Below are positions 19,348-27,813 of a stretch of 64,000 nt of DNA, piece after piece. The stretch comes from Acetobacteraceae bacterium (GTDB lineage: Bacteria; Pseudomonadota; Alphaproteobacteria; Acetobacterales; Acetobacteraceae), in contig DAIDKZ010000205.1 of NCBI GenBank assembly GCA_027449745.1, positions 1,798 through 65,797 on the forward strand. Reading direction: 5' to 3'. A program made the translations under genes and the position numbers. Each line of letters starts with the position of its first letter. Position 1 is the first letter of the stretch. Below the pieces are notes generated by a model. The model did not search any database and was not told the DNA's origin. It saw only the letters and a program-made list of their open reading frames with translations.

Positions 19348-19361
19348 TTGATCCAGATCAA
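19348..19361 (+). promoter_or_regulatory. FNR/FixK-type box TTGATCCAGATCAA
   Basis: Exact match to TTGAT-N4-ATCAA, embedded in the 18-bp palindrome CCTTGATCCAGATCAAGG. Ends 72 nt upstream of the ATG at 19433. Confidence 0.65.
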
Positions 19362-19432
19362 GGCGTGGCCGTAACGCGGGTTCTCAATTCCCGTCAGCCG
19401 ACGCCGGGAACAGGCGGCGGACGGGAGGAACG

Positions 19433-20980
19433 ATGCTCAGACAATTGCCGGCGTTTCGTACGCCACGCCGCTACGCACGCCGTGCCGCGCTCGTTCTCGG
19501 CACACTCCTCGTGGCGCTGGCCGGGTTCGGCAACCCGGCGCGCGCCGACACGTCGGAAGTCAATCTCGGCCAGGTTGGCCCCGGCTCGTTCTACATCACC
19601 GGTGCCGCGCTCGGGATGACGCCGTACGAGCAATGGTTCACGCCGACGCCCTCGCACGGGCAAACCTACCAGAACCAGTACGGGTTCGCGGAGGATTTCG
19701 TCCGCTTCGGGCTCGGCTACCATTTCAACAATGGCGTCACCGCCTACGCCGAGGCGCTGAGCCCGAGCCTGTTCAACCTGCCGACGAACGCCAAGGCGCC
19801 CTACCCGCAGGGCGAATCCGGCATCGGTTCCACCTATTACGCGGCCAACGGAACGCGTGACGCGATCGATATCTTTCTCAAGCAGGCCTACATTGCCCTC
19901 GATCCGAAGGCGTTCAACGGCTTTGGCCTGGTCGCCGGGCGTTACGAATTCAACGACGGTACCGAGGTCATCCCCGACGATCCCGGGTTGCGATGGCTGG
20001 TGCTCAACCGCATCCAGCAGCGCCTGATCGGCTCGCGCTTCGTCCTGGTCGGCGGCCGCTCGCTGGACGGCGCCAAGATCACGTATGGCGATGCCAATCG
20101 CAACATCACCATGCTCTACGGCATGCCCACCGAGGGCGCCTACCTGATCAACGGCAACAACGAGATCAACGGTGTGGACGTTGCCTATCTGTCGTTCAAT
20201 GCCGGGCCCAAGGCGCTGCCCGGATGGCTCTGGGAGCGTGCGCTAGGGCGTCTGTTCCTGATCCATTACGACGACACGCGCGGCATCCTGCTGCCCGACA
20301 ATCAAAGCCTGGCGCAGCGCACGCTCGGCAACGGCCCGGTGCGCATCAACACCATCGGCGGCAACTTCTTGCGCGAATTCGCCGCCGGGCCGGGCGATAT
20401 CGACGTGCTGCTGTGGGGCGCGAGGCAGTTCGGCTCCTGGGGCGTGCAGACCCAGAGTGCCTATGCCTACACCGCCGAACTCGGCTATCACTGGCTGAAC
20501 GGCCCGTGGCAGCCCTGGTTGCGCGGCGGCTACACCGTCGCCTCCGGCGATCACTCGCCGAACAACAACACCCACAGCACCTTCTTCGATATTCTGCCGA
20601 CGCCCTGGTATTTCGCCAATTTCGCTTTCTACGATATGCAGAATATCAATGACGCGATGATCGAGCTGCTCACCTATCCGACGCAGTCGCTGCAATGGCG
20701 CGTCGATTTCCACAGCCTGCAGCTGAATGCCAAGCAGGATCTCTGGTATGCCGGTGGTGGCGCCTGGAACGATTCCGTCTTCGGCTACCAGCCGCGGCCG
20801 AGCTATGGGCGGGGCAATCTCGCCACCGTGCTGGAGACGGCGCTCGGCTGGGAGTATGACCAGCATCTCAGCCTGAATTGGTATGTCGGGCGCGCCTTCG
20901 GCGCCGATGTCATCGCCGCCAACTATCCGCGCGGCAAGCAGGCGAATTTCGCCTTCATGATGGCGATCTGGCGGCTCTGA
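19433..20980 (+). CDS. outer-membrane beta-barrel protein, alginate-export (AlgE-like) family
   Basis: Signal peptide ending NPARA-DT. Alternating beta-strand pattern rich in Y/G/N. C-terminal aromatic-type ending MAIWRL. Family call is from recollection of Alginate_exp proteins. Confidence 0.65.
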   Translation: MLRQLPAFRTPRRYARRAALVLGTLLVALAGFGNPARADTSEVNLGQVGPGSFYITGAALGMTPYEQWFTPTPSHGQTYQNQYGFAEDFVRFGLGYHFNNGVTAYAEALSPSLFNLPTNAKAPYPQGESGIGSTYYAANGTRDAIDIFLKQAYIALDPKAFNGFGLVAGRYEFNDGTEVIPDDPGLRWLVLNRIQQRLIGSRFVLVGGRSLDGAKITYGDANRNITMLYGMPTEGAYLINGNNEINGVDVAYLSFNAGPKALPGWLWERALGRLFLIHYDDTRGILLPDNQSLAQRTLGNGPVRINTIGGNFLREFAAGPGDIDVLLWGARQFGSWGVQTQSAYAYTAELGYHWLNGPWQPWLRGGYTVASGDHSPNNNTHSTFFDILPTPWYFANFAFYDMQNINDAMIELLTYPTQSLQWRVDFHSLQLNAKQDLWYAGGGAWNDSVFGYQPRPSYGRGNLATVLETALGWEYDQHLSLNWYVGRAFGADVIAANYPRGKQANFAFMMAIWRL

Positions 20981-21142
20981 CGCTCCGCCCCGCGCCCGCG
21001 CCGCCGCCGTCCCTGCCTCGACACCCGGGCGTGTGGACGCCTGCGATGGTCTGTGCTTGACTTGACGGCGTGGAGGTCCGCGCGAGACGGCCCAACGCGC
21101 CGCGCGGGTCGACCGTCACGAGCCAAAACGGGGGGAAACAAA

Positions 21143-22759
21143 ATGGCGAGTGCGATCAGACATTTCGACGCCGTCGTCGTCGGTGCCGGGTTCTCCGGCC
21201 TGTACATGCTGAAGACCCTGCGCGACCAGCTCGGCCTCAAGGTCCAAGTCTACGAGGCCGGCGATACGGTCGGCGGCACCTGGTACTGGAACCGGTATCC
21301 GGGCGCGCGCTGTGATTCGGATGCCTACATCTACTGCTTCACCTGGGACAAACAGCTGCTGCAGGAGTGGGAGTGGTCCGAGCGCTATCCGGAACAGCCC
21401 GAGATTCTGCGCTATCTCGAACATGTCGCCAAGCGCCACGACCTCAAGCGTGACATCCAGTTCAAAACCCGCGTCGTCGGCGGAGAGTTCGACGAGAGCA
21501 GCAACCTCTGGATGGTGCATACCGACAGCGGCGAGACCGTCAGCGCGCAGTTCCTGATCGCCGCCGTCGGCACGCTTTCGGATACGAACATGCCGAAATT
21601 CAAGGGGTTGGAGCGGTTCCAGGGACAATGGTACCATACCAGCCGCTTCCCCCGCGAGGGTGTCGATTTCACCGCCAAGCGCGTCGCGGTCGTCGGCACC
21701 GGCGCGACGGCGGTGCAGGCGATCCCCGAGATCGCGCAGCAGGCCAAGCACCTCACCGTCTTCCAGCGCACCGCGAATTACTGCGTGCCGGCCCGCAACG
21801 GCAAGGTCGATCCCGGGGTGACGCGCGCGCGCAAGGCGGATTACGAGGGCATCGTCCAGCGCATCCGCGATTCCTTCTTTGGCCAGGAACACTATTTCAT
21901 CCCGAAATCCGCCCTCGAAGCGACGCCCGAGGAGCGGGAGCGCGAATTCGACCGGATGTGGGACGCAGGCGGCTTCGCGTTCTGGCTCGGCAACTATCAG
22001 GACATGTTCTTCAGCCCGGAGGCAAATGAACTGTGCGCTGACTACATCAGGCGCAAGATCCGCACGACGGTGAAGGACCCGGTTGTGGCGGAGAAGCTCA
22101 TTCCCAAAGGCCACGCCTACGGCACCAAACGGCAGCCGCTGGACACGAACTATTACGAGACCTTCAACAAGAGCAATGTCCTGCTCGTCGATGCCGCCAC
22201 CGACGGGGCGATCGAGGAGATCACCGAGCACGGCATCCGCGCCGGCGGCAAGGAGTATGCGTTCGACATCATCGTGTTCGCCACTGGCTTCGACGCGCTG
22301 ACCGGGCCGTTCAAGGCGCTCAACCTCAAGGGGCGCGGCGGGCATTCGCTGAGCGAGGTCTGGGCGGACGGTCCGCACACCTATCTCGGCATTTCCGTCG
22401 TCGGGTTCCCCAATCTCTTCACCATCACCGGCCCGCAGAGCCCGTCGGTGCTGACGAACATGCCGGTGGCGATCGAGCAGCATGTCGAATGGGTGCGCGA
22501 CTGCATCGCCGCGATGCGCGCGAATGGCCAGAGCGTGATCGAGGCGCTGCCCGATGCGCAGGAGAAATGGGGCGCGCATGTCAACGAGGTCGTGAACATG
22601 ACGCTGATGACCGGGGCCAATTCCTGGTACATGAGCGCCAACATTCCGGGTAAGCCGCGGGCCTTCCTGCCCTATCTCGGTCCGGCCGGGGTTGGTGGCT
22701 ACCGCAAGACCTGCGACGAGGTTGCGGCAAAGGAGTACGAGGGGTTCGTGCTGGCCTAG
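21143..22759 (+). CDS. Baeyer-Villiger monooxygenase, paralog 2
   Basis: ATG at 21143 (MASAIRHFDAVVVGAGFSGLY). Fingerprint FQGQWYHTSRFP and second fold GTGATAVQ. Long blocks identical to paralog 1 (GGTWYWNRYPGARCDS, WSERYPEQPEILRYL, FPNLFTITGP.SPSVL.NMPV.IEQHV.W). Confidence 0.9.
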   Translation: MASAIRHFDAVVVGAGFSGLYMLKTLRDQLGLKVQVYEAGDTVGGTWYWNRYPGARCDSDAYIYCFTWDKQLLQEWEWSERYPEQPEILRYLEHVAKRHDLKRDIQFKTRVVGGEFDESSNLWMVHTDSGETVSAQFLIAAVGTLSDTNMPKFKGLERFQGQWYHTSRFPREGVDFTAKRVAVVGTGATAVQAIPEIAQQAKHLTVFQRTANYCVPARNGKVDPGVTRARKADYEGIVQRIRDSFFGQEHYFIPKSALEATPEEREREFDRMWDAGGFAFWLGNYQDMFFSPEANELCADYIRRKIRTTVKDPVVAEKLIPKGHAYGTKRQPLDTNYYETFNKSNVLLVDAATDGAIEEITEHGIRAGGKEYAFDIIVFATGFDALTGPFKALNLKGRGGHSLSEVWADGPHTYLGISVVGFPNLFTITGPQSPSVLTNMPVAIEQHVEWVRDCIAAMRANGQSVIEALPDAQEKWGAHVNEVVNMTLMTGANSWYMSANIPGKPRAFLPYLGPAGVGGYRKTCDEVAAKEYEGFVLA

Positions 22760-22830
22760 AGCAACGCCCGATCAGACTGAACCGCGCCGCGGTCAGTCTG
22801 ATCGGGCCATCAGGTCGGACCATGCTCCAG
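22756..22830. repeat. palindromic REP/MITE-like element, copy B (CTAGAGCAAC + hairpin CCCGATCAGACTGAACCGCG/CCGCGGTCAGTCTGATCGGG + CCATCAGGTCGGACCATGCTC)
   Basis: Near-perfect 20-bp-arm hairpin at 22767-22806. The flanks match copies A1 and A2. The element provides the TAG stop of the BVMO gene. Confidence 0.75.
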
Positions 22831-22909
22831 GCGCGCGTTCAGGAGTCACCGGCAGGGCGGGGCGTCGCCGCCCGATGCCGTCTGCACCAAATCAATGAAG
22901 GGGGAAACG

Positions 22910-23962
22910 ATGACCGATAACGCCTATTACTCGCAGGATGTGCACGGACCATACGAGCTGCACGATATCGGCACGCTCGACCTGGAAGAGGGTGGGACGC
23001 TGCGCGCCTGCACCCTGGCCTACGCGACCTTCGGCACGCTGAACGCGGCCGGCGACAATGCCATCCTGATCCCGACCTGGTATTCGGGTACCAGCAAGAT
23101 CATGGAGCAGGTCTATATCGGCAAGGGCCGCGCGCTCGACCCGGACAAATATTTCATCATCGTCATCAATCAGATCGGCAACGGTCTCTCGACCTCGCCG
23201 CACAACACGCCGGCGCCGGGTGGTGCAGCGCATTTTCCGCATGTGCGCATCGGCGACGACGTTCGCGCGCAGCACCGGCTGGTCACCGAGAAATTCGGCC
23301 TCAAGAGCCTCGCGCTCGTCGTCGGCGGTTCGATGGGTGCGCAGCAGACCTATGAGTGGGCCGTGCGCTACCCGGACATGGTCAAGCGTGCGGCGCCGAT
23401 CGCCGGCACGGCGAAGAACACGGTCCACGACTTCCTGTTTACCGAGACCCTGGTCGAGGCGATCACGTCGGATCCCGGATTCAACAAGGGATTCTACGCA
23501 TCGCCGGCCGATGTGCGAGAGGGCATGCTGCGCCATGCCAAGATGTGGGCGGTGATGGGCTGGAGCACCCAGTTCTTCCAGGAGAACCGCCACAAGGCGC
23601 TCGGCTTCTCCTCGCTCGATGATTTCATCATCAACTTCATGTTCGGCTATTTCGGCCCGATGGATCCGAACGACCTGTTGTGCCAGGCGTGGAAATGGCA
23701 GCGCGGCGACGTCAGCCGCCACACCGGCGGAGATCTCCGCGCCGCGCTCGGGCGGATCAAGGCCAAGACCTTCGTCATCCCGATGTCGTCGGACATGTTC
23801 TTCCCGCCCGCGGATTGCGAGGCGGAGTGGCGGCTGATCCCGGATGCGGAGTTCCGGCCGATCCAGACGATCGATGGGCATCTGGCGCTGTTCGGCGCGG
23901 ATCCGTCGGCGATGGCGCAGCTCGACAAGCATCTGAACGAACTGCTCGCCGCCAAAGTCTGA
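22910..23962 (+). CDS. alpha/beta hydrolase of the homoserine O-acetyltransferase (MetX-like) family, candidate esterase
   Basis: ATG at 22910 follows GGGGGA with a 5-nt spacer. Nucleophile elbow GGSMGA. Overall MetX-like layout (N-terminal TL..G..L....LAY.T.G.LN). Confidence 0.8.
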   Translation: MTDNAYYSQDVHGPYELHDIGTLDLEEGGTLRACTLAYATFGTLNAAGDNAILIPTWYSGTSKIMEQVYIGKGRALDPDKYFIIVINQIGNGLSTSPHNTPAPGGAAHFPHVRIGDDVRAQHRLVTEKFGLKSLALVVGGSMGAQQTYEWAVRYPDMVKRAAPIAGTAKNTVHDFLFTETLVEAITSDPGFNKGFYASPADVREGMLRHAKMWAVMGWSTQFFQENRHKALGFSSLDDFIINFMFGYFGPMDPNDLLCQAWKWQRGDVSRHTGGDLRAALGRIKAKTFVIPMSSDMFFPPADCEAEWRLIPDAEFRPIQTIDGHLALFGADPSAMAQLDKHLNELLAAKV

Positions 23963-24084
23963 GCCAGGAGCCGCCGGCGGCGCGCGACCGTCGCCGGCGG
24001 CCTTCGGTGTCCGGGGGTGGTTTGCCTCCGTACCCCGTGTGCACTAGCCTTCCGCGAGGCTTGGAGACGTAGGGAGGCAAAACG

Positions 24085-24837
24085 ATGCGTCTGAAGGACA
24101 AGGTTGCACTCGTCACCGGGGCGGCGAGCGGGTTCGGCGAGGGGATCGCGAAGCTCTACGCCGCCGAAGGCGCACGCGTGATGGTGGCGGACATGAACGC
24201 GGAGGGCGCCGCCCGCGTCGCCAGCTTCATCGGCCACCATGCCGCCCCGGTTGGCGGAGATGTCAGCAAGGGCGCCGATGTGCAGGCCATGGTGGATGCG
24301 ACCGTCGCGCGCTTTGGCCGGCTGGACATCGTCGTCAACAATGCCGGCACGACCCATCGGAACAAGCCGCTGCTCGAGGTGACCGAGGCGGAGTTCGATC
24401 GTGTCTACGATGTCAACGTGAAATCGATCTACTGGATGGCCCAGGCCGCGGTGCCCGTGTTCCGCCGCCAGGGCGCGGGCGGCGCGTTCATCAACATCGC
24501 CTCCACCGCCGGCATCCGCCCGCGCCCGGGCCTGGTCTGGTACAATGGTTCGAAGGGCGCGGTGAACATCATCACCCATGCGATGGCGATCGAACTCGCG
24601 CCGGACAACATTCGTGTCAACGCGGTCTGCCCGGTGATCGGCGCGACCGGACTGCTCGAACAGTTCATGGGTGTACCGGACACTCCCGAGAACCGGGCGA
24701 AATTCATCGGCTCGATCCCGCTCGGGCGCATGAGCACGCCGGCGGACATCGCCAATGCCTGCCTGTGGCTGGCGGAGGATGCCAGCGCCTTCATCACCGG
24801 GGTTCTGCTTCCCGTCGATGGTGGCCGCTGCGCCTGA
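24085..24837 (+). CDS. short-chain dehydrogenase/reductase (SDR)
   Basis: TGAASGFG cofactor motif, NNAG, and catalytic YNGSK. Confidence 0.9.
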   Translation: MRLKDKVALVTGAASGFGEGIAKLYAAEGARVMVADMNAEGAARVASFIGHHAAPVGGDVSKGADVQAMVDATVARFGRLDIVVNNAGTTHRNKPLLEVTEAEFDRVYDVNVKSIYWMAQAAVPVFRRQGAGGAFINIASTAGIRPRPGLVWYNGSKGAVNIITHAMAIELAPDNIRVNAVCPVIGATGLLEQFMGVPDTPENRAKFIGSIPLGRMSTPADIANACLWLAEDASAFITGVLLPVDGGRCA

Positions 24838-24853
24838 GGGCCGATCCCGTCCG

Positions 24854-25708
24854 GTGAGGATCGTCTCCGTCCAGTCCTGGGTCGCCTTCGGGCATGTCGG
24901 CAACGCGGCGGCGCTGTTTCCGCTGCAGCGCCTCGGCGCCGAGGTGCTGGGGGTGCACACGGTGCAGTTCTCCAACCACCCCGGCCATGGCGGCTTCGGC
25001 GGCGCGGCGCTGCCGGCGGCGCACGTCGCCGCCGTGCTGGACGGGCTGGCGGCGCGCGGTTTCCTCGATGCCGTGGACGGGGTGCTCTCGGGCTATCTCG
25101 GTGAGGCCGAGACCGGCCCGCCGCTGCTCGCCGCGCTGGCGCAGGCGCGCCGCGCCAATCCGGCCGCGCTCTATTGCTGCGATCCGGTGATCGGCGACGA
25201 GGGGCCGGGCGTCTATGTCCGTCCCGGACTGCCCGCGTTCTTCGCCGCGCGCGCCGTGCCGCAGGCGGACCTGCTGACACCGAACCGGTTCGAGCTCGGC
25301 CTGCTCGCCAGCCAGCCGTGCCGTTCCCTGGCCGAGACCATCGCGGCCGGCACGGCGCTGCGCCGGCGCATGCGCGCGGCGGGTCCGGGCATCGTTCTGG
25401 TGAGCAGCCTGGAGGCGCCGGGCAGCGGCGATATTGACATGCTGCTGCTCGCGCCCGCCGGCCGCTTCCTGCTGCGCACGCCGCGGCTGCCGATCACGCC
25501 GAACGGCGCGGGTGATCTGCTCTCGGCGCTGTTTCTCTTTCACTACCTGCGCACGCGCGACGCCTGCGCGGCGCTGGAGGAGGCCGGCTCCAGCCTGTTC
25601 GGCGTCATCGCGGCGACGGCGGCGGCCGGCACGCGGGAACTGGAATTGATCGCGGCGCAGGTGGAGTTCGTCGCGCCGTCACGCCGATTTGCCGTCGAAC
25701 CCTGCTGA
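24854..25708 (+). CDS. pdxY: pyridoxal kinase
   Basis: GTG at 24854 gives VRIVSVQSWVAFGHVGNAAALFPLQRLG..VHTVQFSNH, which I recall aligning with the E. coli PdxY N-terminus. About 284 aa. Confidence 0.8.
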   Translation: MRIVSVQSWVAFGHVGNAAALFPLQRLGAEVLGVHTVQFSNHPGHGGFGGAALPAAHVAAVLDGLAARGFLDAVDGVLSGYLGEAETGPPLLAALAQARRANPAALYCCDPVIGDEGPGVYVRPGLPAFFAARAVPQADLLTPNRFELGLLASQPCRSLAETIAAGTALRRRMRAAGPGIVLVSSLEAPGSGDIDMLLLAPAGRFLLRTPRLPITPNGAGDLLSALFLFHYLRTRDACAALEEAGSSLFGVIAATAAAGTRELELIAAQVEFVAPSRRFAVEPC

Positions 25709-25719
25709 GCCGGGCCGGC

Positions 25720-26694
25720 TCAGTCGGCGAGCCGCCAGAAGCGGGCGATCTCGGCCGTGGCGTCGATGTCGGCTTCGAGGAAATAGCCGTCGGCGCGGGC
25801 GGCGGCGACGGGCAGGCCGTGCCCCATGCCGGGCATGATCCAGGCTTCGACCGCGGGGCGATCGCGATGCCCCCAGGACCGGCGCAGCCCGCCCCGGTCG
25901 GTGCGGCCGGCCGCGATGTCGAGCCCGTGCACGCCGGTCCATTGCCGGACGAGATTCTCCGCATTGGCGGGATCGACGGTCGTGTCTGCCGCGCCATGCC
26001 AGATCGTCAGGCGCGGCCAGGGCCCCGCATGGCCCGCCGGCGCCGCCGCGCGGACCACCTCAGCCCAGCCGGTGGCGGGCGGGGGGCCGGCATCGGCCAT
26101 GCGGGCGACGCCATGGGCGAAACTGTGCGCGGCTCCGGCCGGCAGCCCGGCGATGATCGCACCGCCGGCGAACAGCTCCGGGTAGGCGGCGAGCACCGAC
26201 GCCGCCATCGCCCCGCCGGCAGAGAGGCCCAGAACGAAAATCCGCGCCGGATCGGATCCATAGACGGCGGCTGCCGTCGCGACCATGGCTCGGATCGAGG
26301 CCGCTTCGCCGCGCTCGCGGGCGGTGTCGGTGGAGCGGAACCAGTGGAAGCAGCCGGCATGATGATTGGCACGGCGCTGCTCCGCCGCGACGACGGCGAT
26401 GCCGAGCCGCGCCGCCGCGTCGAGCCAGCCGGAGCCGGCGGCGAACCCGGCAGCGCTCTGGCCGCAGCCATGCAGCAACAGAACCAGCGGCCGGCCGGGC
26501 GACAGCCCCGCGGCGGCGTAGCCATACAGGCCCAGCCGCCCTGGATTGGGGCCGAAATCGGGGATCTCGACCAGTTCCGGCGGCGCAGCCGGGCGCAGCT
26601 CAGCCGGCGGCGGCGCCTCCAGCAAGGAGGAAAACTGACGCAGCGCGCGTTCGAGCTGGTGCCGACCGACGCCTGGAAGGGAAGCGAGACGCAT
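25720..26694 (-). CDS. PHB-depolymerase-family esterase (LpqC-like alpha/beta hydrolase)
   Basis: LLLHGCGQSA and nucleophile GLSAGG, followed by IWHG..D..V. Confidence 0.8.
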   Translation of the reverse strand: MRLASLPGVGRHQLERALRQFSSLLEAPPPAELRPAAPPELVEIPDFGPNPGRLGLYGYAAAGLSPGRPLVLLLHGCGQSAAGFAAGSGWLDAAARLGIAVVAAEQRRANHHAGCFHWFRSTDTARERGEAASIRAMVATAAAVYGSDPARIFVLGLSAGGAMAASVLAAYPELFAGGAIIAGLPAGAAHSFAHGVARMADAGPPPATGWAEVVRAAAPAGHAGPWPRLTIWHGAADTTVDPANAENLVRQWTGVHGLDIAAGRTDRGGLRRSWGHRDRPAVEAWIMPGMGHGLPVAAARADGYFLEADIDATAEIARFWRLAD

Positions 26695-26767
26695 AGCTCA
26701 GCCAGCTCCGTCGATCATGAGCAGAGGATATGGGGGCGTCATGCTGCAATGCAACAAGGCGCGATCA

Positions 26768-26856
26768 CCCGCGGCGTCTCAGGATGCGCGCATCCGCGCG
26801 GCGTCTCAGGATGCGCGCATCCGCGCGGCGTCTTAGGAAGCGCGCATCCGCGCGCG
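26768..26856. repeat. 27-bp tandem repeat, about 3.3 copies (CCGCGCGGCGTCTCAGGATGCGCGCAT)
   Basis: Units at 26768-26793, 26794-26820 and 26821-26847, plus a partial unit at 26848-26856. The two distal copies contain the perfect 14-bp palindrome GGATGCGCGCATCC. Confidence 0.9.
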
Positions 26857-27813
26857 TTGGCGCACGAGCCCGAGCACGGCCCGGCAGAGCGGGGTCGGCA
26901 TTTCGACCCAATCCGCCATCTCCACCACCGCGCCGAGCAGCGCCTCGATCTCGAGCGGACGCCCCTGTTCCAGATCCTGCAGCATCGAGGTCCGGTGCTG
27001 CCCGACCTCGGCGGCACCGGCGATGCGGGCGTCGACATCGATGGCGAAGCGGATGCCGAGGCGCTCGGCCACCGCCTGGCCCTCCAGCATCATCGCGCGA
27101 ACCAGCGGCCTTGTGTCGGCATCGGCGATGATGACGTCGAGCGTGGCCGTGGTCAGCGCGCTCACCGGGTTGAAGGCCATGTTGCCCCAGAGCTTCACCC
27201 ACAGCTCGTCGCGGATGCGCGGCCGCACCGGCGCCTTCAGCCCGGCCGCGATCAGCAGCGCCGAGAGCGTGCCGGCCCGCGCGCTGCGGCTGCCGTCCGG
27301 CTCGCCGAGGCTGAACCGGTCGCCATAGACGTGGCGGACCACGCCCGGGGTCTCGATCTCGACGGCGGGATAGACGATGCAGCCGAGCGTCTGCGACGGC
27401 GGCAGCGCCCGCCACAGCGCGCCCTCCGGATCGACGGCGCGGACGATCCGGTCGGTGAAGGGTGCGGGGAGCCCGGCGCAGTACCACCAGGGAATGCCGT
27501 TCACCCCGGCGACGATGGTGGTGCCGGGCCCGATCAGCGGCGCCAGCGCAGGCAGGGCAGGGCCGATCGAGTGCGCCTTGAGGGTCAGGAAGACGTAGTC
27601 CTGCGGCCCCAGAGCGGCCGGGTCGGCAACGACGCGGGGGTGGGTGACGATCCGTTCCTCGCCGCTCAGCAGTGTCAGCCCGTTGGCCTCGATCGCCATG
27701 CGGTGGGCGCCGCGCACGACGATGGAGACCGGCGTGCCCGCCGCTTCCAGCCGCGCGGCGAGCAGCCCGCCGATGGCACCGGCACCGAAGACGCAGAGGC
27801 TGGGCGCGCTCAC
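26833..27813 (-). CDS. 2-dehydropantoate 2-reductase family (PanE/ApbA) oxidoreductase
   Basis: GTG at 27813 overlaps the upstream stop (GTGA). N-terminal VFGAGAIGG fold, then K..WGN...N..SAL pattern. Confidence 0.8.
   Translation of the reverse strand: MSAPSLCVFGAGAIGGLLAARLEAAGTPVSIVVRGAHRMAIEANGLTLLSGEERIVTHPRVVADPAALGPQDYVFLTLKAHSIGPALPALAPLIGPGTTIVAGVNGIPWWYCAGLPAPFTDRIVRAVDPEGALWRALPPSQTLGCIVYPAVEIETPGVVRHVYGDRFSLGEPDGSRSARAGTLSALLIAAGLKAPVRPRIRDELWVKLWGNMAFNPVSALTTATLDVIIADADTRPLVRAMMLEGQAVAERLGIRFAIDVDARIAGAAEVGQHRTSMLQDLEQGRPLEIEALLGAVVEMADWVEMPTPLCRAVLGLVRQRARMRAS

Noticed and set aside
26768-26856. CRISPR-like array
   Set aside because: The 27-bp units are directly adjacent with no spacers, there are only about 3 copies, they continue the reading frame of the upstream gene, and no cas genes are present.
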